From an uncultured Desulfobacteraceae bacterium (GTDB taxonomy: Bacteria; Desulfobacterota; Desulfobacteria; Desulfobacterales; JALSRD01), in the NCBI GenBank assembly GCA_964442705.1, contig CAYUAQ010000003.1:102-64101 (forward strand): 64,000 nucleotides of DNA, written 5' to 3'. This document shows positions 46,004 to 53,500 of the stretch, one piece after another. Numbering within the stretch: the stretch's first letter is position 1; each line of letters opens with the position of its first letter. A program made the translations under genes and the position numbers. Below the pieces are notes generated by a model. It was not told where the DNA came from, did no database searches, and was given only the letters and a program-made list of their open reading frames with translations.

Positions 46004-46678
46004 ATGATTCCGTCAGATTTGAGTATCCAGCAAAACAATTTTCTTTCTACCAGTCGATCCTCGGGGATTGAAACAGCCGAACAGTCGCGTGCCGACGTCA
46101 AGGAGGGAAATTCTCCGGATGTTCATAAACGCAATCCTGACGGCTGGGTCAAGATCGATCGCAGCGGCTTCCCTTTCAGCAACAGGCAGGCATCGACTTC
46201 GAATTTGAATTCCGTCGCCCGCACGATCCGGCGGGCGGACGAAACCATGCAGGAAATCGGCCGGCACATCGACGACATGAAGAGCCGGCTGCAAACCCAC
46301 GTCAAGAATTACCCGCCTTTTCCTCCCGGCAGCGAAGAGCGCGTGAAGATGCTGAAGAGCTTCTCGGCCTTCCGCAGGCTCATCGACGATCTCACTGTTC
46401 CCCCCGACGACGATTCCGCGGCCAGGATAATGAATTCCGCCCCTGCCTGGGATGGGGGAATAGTTGTCGAGCACAAGGGATTTGCGAAAACCATCCACAG
46501 CCAGCCCGTGGGTACGGGGCCGGACGGGATCGACATCCCGCGGCTTTCTGAGGCTGCCACCGACTCGGATTTCCAATCTATGATTGGGAAACTCGAAAAT
46601 GCCGCCAGGACCCTCGAATCCCGAAGGGCTGGATTGCAGGCCGATGCCAACGGTATTTTCAATCCGCCCGAAGCCTGA
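46004..46678 (+). CDS. Hypothetical protein between flagellin and flbT
   Basis: AGGAGG RBS 8 nt before the ATG at 46004. 224 aa. No family recognised. Confidence 0.55.
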   Translation: MIPSDLSIQQNNFLSTSRSSGIETAEQSRADVKEGNSPDVHKRNPDGWVKIDRSGFPFSNRQASTSNLNSVARTIRRADETMQEIGRHIDDMKSRLQTHVKNYPPFPPGSEERVKMLKSFSAFRRLIDDLTVPPDDDSAARIMNSAPAWDGGIVVEHKGFAKTIHSQPVGTGPDGIDIPRLSEAATDSDFQSMIGKLENAARTLESRRAGLQADANGIFNPPEA

Positions 46679-46709
46679 ATCAACCCATATTAACCAGGGG
46701 GCTTATTTC

Positions 46710-47099
46710 ATGGCACTGAAAATTACACTGAAACCCCGCGAACGCATGGTTATCGGTGGCGCGGTGATCGCCAACGGTGATTCCCGCAGTCAGTTCACCA
46801 TCGAAAACCGTGTGCCGGTTCTGCGGGAGCCCGACATCATGGCAGAGGAACGCGCTGACTCCCCGGCCCGGCTAATCTATTTCGTGATTCAGCTGATGTA
46901 CATCGATTCCGAGCACCAGTCGGTATACTACGACAGCTACTGGCGCGTGGCCCAGGAACTCGTAAAGGCGGCGCCCTCCACCGTGGCCTTCATCGATCCC
47001 ATCAGTGAGTACATACTCAGCGACCGCTACTACCTGGCCTTGAAAATGGCCAAAAAACTCATGGCCTACGAAGAGGAGGCGCTCAACCGTGTACAGTAA
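46710..47099 (+). CDS. flbT: Flagellar biosynthesis repressor FlbT
   Basis: MALKITLKPRERMVIGGAVIANGD...VLRE.DIM...PARLIYF..QLMYID parallels Caulobacter FlbT as recalled. Confidence 0.85.
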   Translation: MALKITLKPRERMVIGGAVIANGDSRSQFTIENRVPVLREPDIMAEERADSPARLIYFVIQLMYIDSEHQSVYYDSYWRVAQELVKAAPSTVAFIDPISEYILSDRYYLALKMAKKLMAYEEEALNRVQ

Positions 47100-47466
47100 C
47101 GTGTTGAAGACTTACGAGAGCGTTGACAAAAACACCATGTCCGGCCGGGAAACCGAGGCCCGGGTGCTCACCAAGGCGGCTCTGAAGCTGAAGCAGTGCC
47201 AGCAGGGGTGGGATGAACCCGATCGGGATGACCGCCTGGATGAAGCCCTGAAGTACACCCAACGCATCTGGAGCATATTTCAGGCCGAGCTTTCCAAGCA
47301 GGAAAACCCTCTGCCCACGGCCCTCAAACGGGACCTCCTGCGGCTGAGCGCTTTCATCGACAAACGCATCTTTGAAACCATGGCTTTTCCCGCCCCGGAA
47401 AAGCTGAACATCCTGATAGACATCAACCGCAATATTGCAGCGGGATTGAGGGAGTCAGCCGGATAG
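47089..47466 (+). CDS. flaF: Flagellar biosynthesis regulator FlaF
   Basis: 125 aa, GTG start overlapping the flbT end. ...TEARVLTKAA...RIWSIF...LP..L...L..LS.F......IDINRNIAAGL fits FlaF. Confidence 0.85.
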   Translation: MYSNVLKTYESVDKNTMSGRETEARVLTKAALKLKQCQQGWDEPDRDDRLDEALKYTQRIWSIFQAELSKQENPLPTALKRDLLRLSAFIDKRIFETMAFPAPEKLNILIDINRNIAAGLRESAG

Positions 47467-47575
47467 ACTGAGTCGTTAAAGACAGGGAAAGACACCACAG
47501 CGGTATTTCCTTTTGGAAAAACCGCTGTTTTGATTTCGTAAGGAGAATAGCGGGCACTGCGCCACCGGGGCCTGT

Positions 47576-50500
47576 TCACCTCTCATAGGTTCCTGTCTTG
47601 GGATACACATCCCCCTGCCCGGCACATTTGGCATACAGTTTCAAAACTTCTTTGTCAGCGTGCTTGCTGTCGATGGCGGCTTCCGCCAGGGCCTTGGCGA
47701 ATTCGGGTCTGCCGGAATCCAGAAGCCCCTTGGCCAGTTCATGGCAACGGATGGCGAGCCCGGGACCGATGGCTGTGCGTGACAGTTTGTCAAGTAGCGC
47801 CATGGCTGTTTCCTTGTTTCCTGCGGCACAGTTGGCCGCCGCCAGCAGGAATTGTGCCGGAAGATATTCCGGCAGCCGCCCACAGAGCTTTTCCAGCGAC
47901 GCCAGGGCCTGCTCCGGGTATCCCAGGTGAAGCTTGGCCAGGGCGAAATGGTAATGTCCCTCCTTGGAGTCCGGGAGCAACGCCAAGGCCTTTTCCGCTG
48001 TTTCCAGCACCTTGTCGAAACGGCCCAGGCTGCAGTAGGAGATCCCCAGGTAGATGTAAGCCCTTGGCTCGTGGGGCGCTTCTGCAATATAACGATGCCA
48101 GAGTTCCACGGCCTCGGCATGTTTTTTCAATATTTCGGCCTGAACGGCGAGTTCTCTCAAGGCCACGGGTGCACAGCCAGTCTCATTAAGTTTCTGACGG
48201 CCAATCTGGTAGTACATTTCTCCTTTCTGAGTGGTTTTCCGGCGGTCTAGTTTTCCATAGTGGTGTATCTGAAGATGGCATGGTTTCATTGCTATACCGG
48301 CCTTTTTCAGGGAAGGTTCCACCATTTCGTGCACCGGAAAATCAAACCGAATGGCAGGATCATTCGGGAATATACGGATCTTGGCGCTGGGCGTCCATCC
48401 TGTTCCGGCCTCAACTTTTCCATAGCGGCCTTCATTGGCCTCCCAGAGGACCATATTGCTGTCGAGAGTGTAGTTGCGGGTGTTGACGACAAACGCCTGT
48501 CTGCGGCGTGACGACTGACGGCACAGGCGTCTGAAAAGACCGTATTCCAGGGGCGACAGCGCCTCGTCGGCATCCATGACGAAAATCACTTCTCCCCTCG
48601 CCAGGGACAGTGCGTGATTGCGGGCCGCCGCAAAATCACCGCTCCAGTCGAAGGTGTCGACACGGGCACCGAAAGCCCGGGCGATGTCCGGGCTGCGGTC
48701 GGACGACCCGGTGTCCACCACGATGATTTCATCGACCACGGGCTTTACGCTGGAAAGGCACTTTGCCAGATATTGCTCTTCGTTTTTTACGATCATGCAC
48801 AGGGACACCAGGCCGCGTGATGTTGTGTTTTCCTTTTCAGTGGTGCCCAACTTTTCCCGCAATTTGAGCGCCGTAGCCAGGATGCCGTCTTCGACACCGA
48901 AATCAGCCATGGCCGCTTCGATTTCACCCATGGCTTCAGAATAAGCCTGCAGGTGAAGGAGAATGTCAATACTCATGTAACGGATTTTTTTGCTGTGAGG
49001 ATAGGCAGCCGCCCCCTCTTCGACAATGGGGCGGGCCCGTTCATAGGCATTCAATTGGGAAATGGCGTTGTGATAGGCCGAGGCGATGTCATGGTCGGCC
49101 GGGGAAAGGATGAAGCCGTTCTCGTATAAGTCGAAGGCGGTTCTTTGGTCCCCGGCCTCCCCGTGAAGCATGGCAAGGTTGGTGTGCGCCTCTCCAAAAC
49201 CGGGGTCGGCTTCCAAGCTGCGCTGAAACCATTTGCTGGCGGCATCCATGTCGTTTTTTCCCAGGGCCAGCACGCCTTGAATGTTGAGCACGGAGGGGTG
49301 ATGCGGGGCCACCAGCAGCGCTTCTGCCGCCAGTTTGCAGGCCTTTTCGTTATGGCCCAGACCGGCCTCGCAGACCACAGCCATTACCAGTGCGGATACG
49401 TCCTGCGACTCTCGCGGCATCTCGCTGAGCACATGAAGAGCGTCTTCAAACTGACGCGTCTGTATCAGCATAGCGGTAAGGGCGAGATATCCGTGGCGTC
49501 GGCCGGGCAGCAGGCCAATGGCCTTCAGGAAGAGATCTCCAGCCTCATGAATGCGTTCGGCCTGCCAGGCCTTTATGGCGTCTGTTTCCATTGACAGCAC
49601 CAGGCGTTTCTTACCTTCCACGCTTTGGCCGTCTGTTCCGCTCCACTTGAGGTTAAAATATTTTTTACTGCGCCCGGGCAGATTTCTCATCCGGCGGTGA
49701 AGATAGACGTCGCCGGCGATGAAATTCTGATACCCATTTAGCGCTGCCCGCAGACAGAGGTCTTCGGCCTCATATCCGCCTTCACCCACCTCTTCATCGA
49801 AGACGCCTATGTCTTCGATGAGTTCCCGTCGCATGAGCAGACAGAATCCATCGACGGTTTCACTCGCAATGCGGCGGTGGCGGTTGCGTCGATGAAACTC
49901 TGCGGAAAAATCCGTCAGCGGCCCCATGGTGTGGTTCCAGCAGCAAGGTGTTTCCTGGCGGGATTCGGCGGCGTTGGACATGGCGCCGATCACCCCGGCA
50001 TTGGAAGCGCAATTGAAGTGACTGCACATTGCTGCGAGCCAGCCTGGCGTTACTTGCACGTCATTGTAAAGCCTGAGGATGAATTCCCCCCGGCTGGCAG
50101 CGATCCCGACATTAAAGGCTGCCGCCATGCTGGTTCCGGATTCGCAGGACACCTGACGGCAAAGCTCATTTTTTTTGAGGTAGCTCCGGAGCCATTTTGC
50201 AGATCCCTTGGCCATTCCGTTGTCGATAATGATGATTTCGTGGCGTTCGGAAGTGTGCCGATCGACGCTTTCTAAGCATCGACGCAGCTGTTTCACAGGA
50301 CCTGCGGCCGGAATCAGGATGGATATCAGCGGCGGATGGTTTAACCCGGTTTCGGCGACTGCTCCAGGGGCCAGGGTTGTCTTGCTTTCGCTTTTCCCGG
50401 AAAGAGATGGTCGTGAACCGGCGTCGGAGCGCCCGGAAGTGTTTTCCGGCGCATTTTTCGAACTTTCCAACCGTTCCAAGTACTGGCGGGCATCGTCATT

Positions 50501-53500
50501 GCCGGGGTCCATGGCCAGAAGCCGCCGGTAATACGCTGCGGCTTCATCCAGCTGGTTCAGCGCCAGGCTGATATGGCCGGCCATCAGCAGGAGCCCCGTA
50601 TCCCGCGGGCGTTTGTTGACAAGGTCTCTATAGATAGCAAGGGCTTCCCTCTTACGGTCAAGTTCCACCAGAGTAAAGTCAGCCAGGTTTTTCTGGAAAT
50701 GCGGATTGTCCGGCGCAAGGTGTACGGCTCTGACATAGTGCCTTCTAGCCTTATCAATGGCACCTGCCTCGTGATAGAGCACAGCCAGGTCGTTGTGAGC
50801 CATGGCGAAATCGGGAAAAGCCGCTATAAAAGCCGTGATTTTTTCGATGGCACTGCCGGCCGGATCATTCTCGAGGGTCGACAGAAGCTCGGTATACATG
50901 GACTCGGCTGCCGGCGCGACCGCCGCTTTTTCTGGCTCAGGGCGAGTGATTTGCAGGCTTTCTAAAGCCGTGCGATTGTTGGGGTCGACTTTCAGCACGC
51001 GTTCATAGAAACTGTGGGCATCATCTAGGCGTTCGAGCCGGAGACAGATATGGCCCATGGCCAGAAGGGCTTCGGTGTCGAAGGGGTCTTTATTGAGAAC
51101 GCCGACATAGATGCCCATGGCTTTTTCGATCTCTCCAAGGGCCACGCAGTAAAAGTCCGCCAGGTTTTTCTGGTAAACCGTATTTTCGGGGTCGATTTCC
51201 ACCGCTTTGCGGTAGGAGGCGAGGGCGTCCTCGCGTTCGCCGCGGTGGTGGTACAGTACCCCGAGGTCGTTGTATGCCGGGGCAAAAAGGGGAGAATCCT
51301 TCGTCAACTCCACAAGCTTTTCAACCGCTTCGTCGTGCTTCTGCGACCGGACAAGTCGCTGTATGCCCTGATATCTGGATTGCACCATCTCTGTGGGCGC
51401 AGTGGCGGCAGCAGGTTTACGCTCCAGCGCTTGGCGGCGGTTGATGATTTTGCCTGCGGAACGGGCCGTGTTGTACATCTCGAAGATGCGTCGATTCTCT
51501 TCAGCCTGGCGGTTGCGGTTGGAGTGCTCGATGCTGCCGGGTGATTTCAGGTAAAGGCCCAGCAGTACGGGGATATGCAGAAACGTTCTGGTTTGGGATA
51601 TGCGCAGCCAGAATTCATAGTCGCCGGAAGTGACGAATGACCCATCGAAATATCCATATTCGTCATGGATCTCCCTTCGCCACATGGGCTGCGGGCCGAC
51701 AAAGCATCCCTTGCTGAGCAGGTCGTCGCGGTCGAAATTCATCCAGCGATAGAATCCCACCGGCGTGCAGTGTTCGAAGCGCTCGTTTTCGGTTTCAGTA
51801 ATGATCACATCTGCGTAAACCAAGCTGATTTCGGGAAGCGTTTCCAGAATGGTGCTCATTACCTCGAAGGCGTCTTTGCGGTGCCGGTCATCGGTGTTGG
51901 CATTGGTGACGTACTTGCCGCGGGCTGCTTTTATGCCGCGATTCCAGGCGGCATAGACCGTTTCGCGCTTTTCGGTGCGAAGGTATTTGATGTTGCCATA
52001 GCGCTGTTGAAACTGCCGTATGATTGTAGATTCTTTCTGCTGGGAGCCGCTGTCAACAACGATGATTTCGAGACGTTTGGCGATGGTCTGATTTTCCAGA
52101 TCTTCCAGGCAGCCGCGGATGAGGTTCTCGGCGTTGTAGGTGGAAACAATGGCAGAAATCAGGGGGGGGACATCAGGAAACGAACGCGAGATGCGATCAC
52201 CGTTTTTGATCTTCTTTCCCCAGTCAATATCCCAGATATCCAGATCAGAAAAATAATCAAGGCCATATTCATTGAACCAATTTAGAACTTGGGTTTCGCG
52301 CCAGTGGTCTGGCAGGTTATATCTCGATTCATCGAAGAACATATATCCAGCAAACCACTCTGCAGGGGCAGGCTTTAGCTTTAAATTGTTTTCATCCTTG
52401 CTGGGGGCATAAAGCGCATTTATTTTTTCGGTTGATTTGCCAGGCTCTCGAATACGTTCCAGACAACGATACCAGCTTTGTTTAATAAGAAGGTTCCGCC
52501 AGTTTACAAACTGGAAATGAAGCAGGCCGAATGTGTATCCGGGAATGACTTTCAACCTGCCTGAAAGGCTTTGCGGGATACGGGGGGTATGTATGAAAGC
52601 GGATTCATAGGAACACTTGCCATCGTCGCAGAATATTATACCCTTGTAATTGTTAGTCCAGACAGAGTCGTCAAAACGATAGTTATGTACACTCCGCCAC
52701 AGCTGAATCCATACCAGCGATATCCGCTCACCCGGTTGTAATTCCAGAATTTTATGTCGTAAGAAATTGTTTTTTGCGCAATTTGCGGTGAACATTTCAT
52801 CTGCGTCAATCACAATGAAGTGGGTTCCCCCTATTTTTCTGCCATACTGCAGAATCCTATTTCGATCACCTGGTTCGTCTCGATGCCATTTGTCTTTTTT
52901 GATTATGGCCTCAATGTTACAATCGTTCGCCAGATTTTTTACAATTTCGACGGTGTTGTCTTCAGAAGCGTCATCAAGGAAGACAATTGCATCGGTATAA
53001 AGGGAAAGTGAACGCAAGCATGGCTCAATGATATTGGCTTCATTCCGGGCCGTAACCAAACCGACTATTTTTTTGGTTCTATATGCTGATCTTTTATTTT
53101 TCTTTTCCGACTGGGACATCGTAAGTCTTATGTCATTGTGGGCCCTTGTCTGGCTTGCAGTAGAAGTTGGTCTGCCAGAAGTTTTCAAAAGAGGCGCCAT
53201 CAATTCAACGTCAATGGTATCTTTTTTCTCGCCCCGATTGGTTTTCATTTGACTTAAAGCACGCAGTGAAACAAATTTGAGCCCCTCGTAATAAAAGTGC
53301 TGGTGGGGGTTAAATATAATATCGTCAATGGTGGTATCGTGATATTTTATTTCGGAATTATGGCTACCGATTTCGGCCTCATTTCGATACAAGATATTTT
53401 CATAACCGTAATGCAAGTAATCGATATCGCGTGCCGGACGAATGCCATACACGGCCATCGTGGAGCTGCCGTCGATGCAGAAACATTCCTTGTCAACGCC

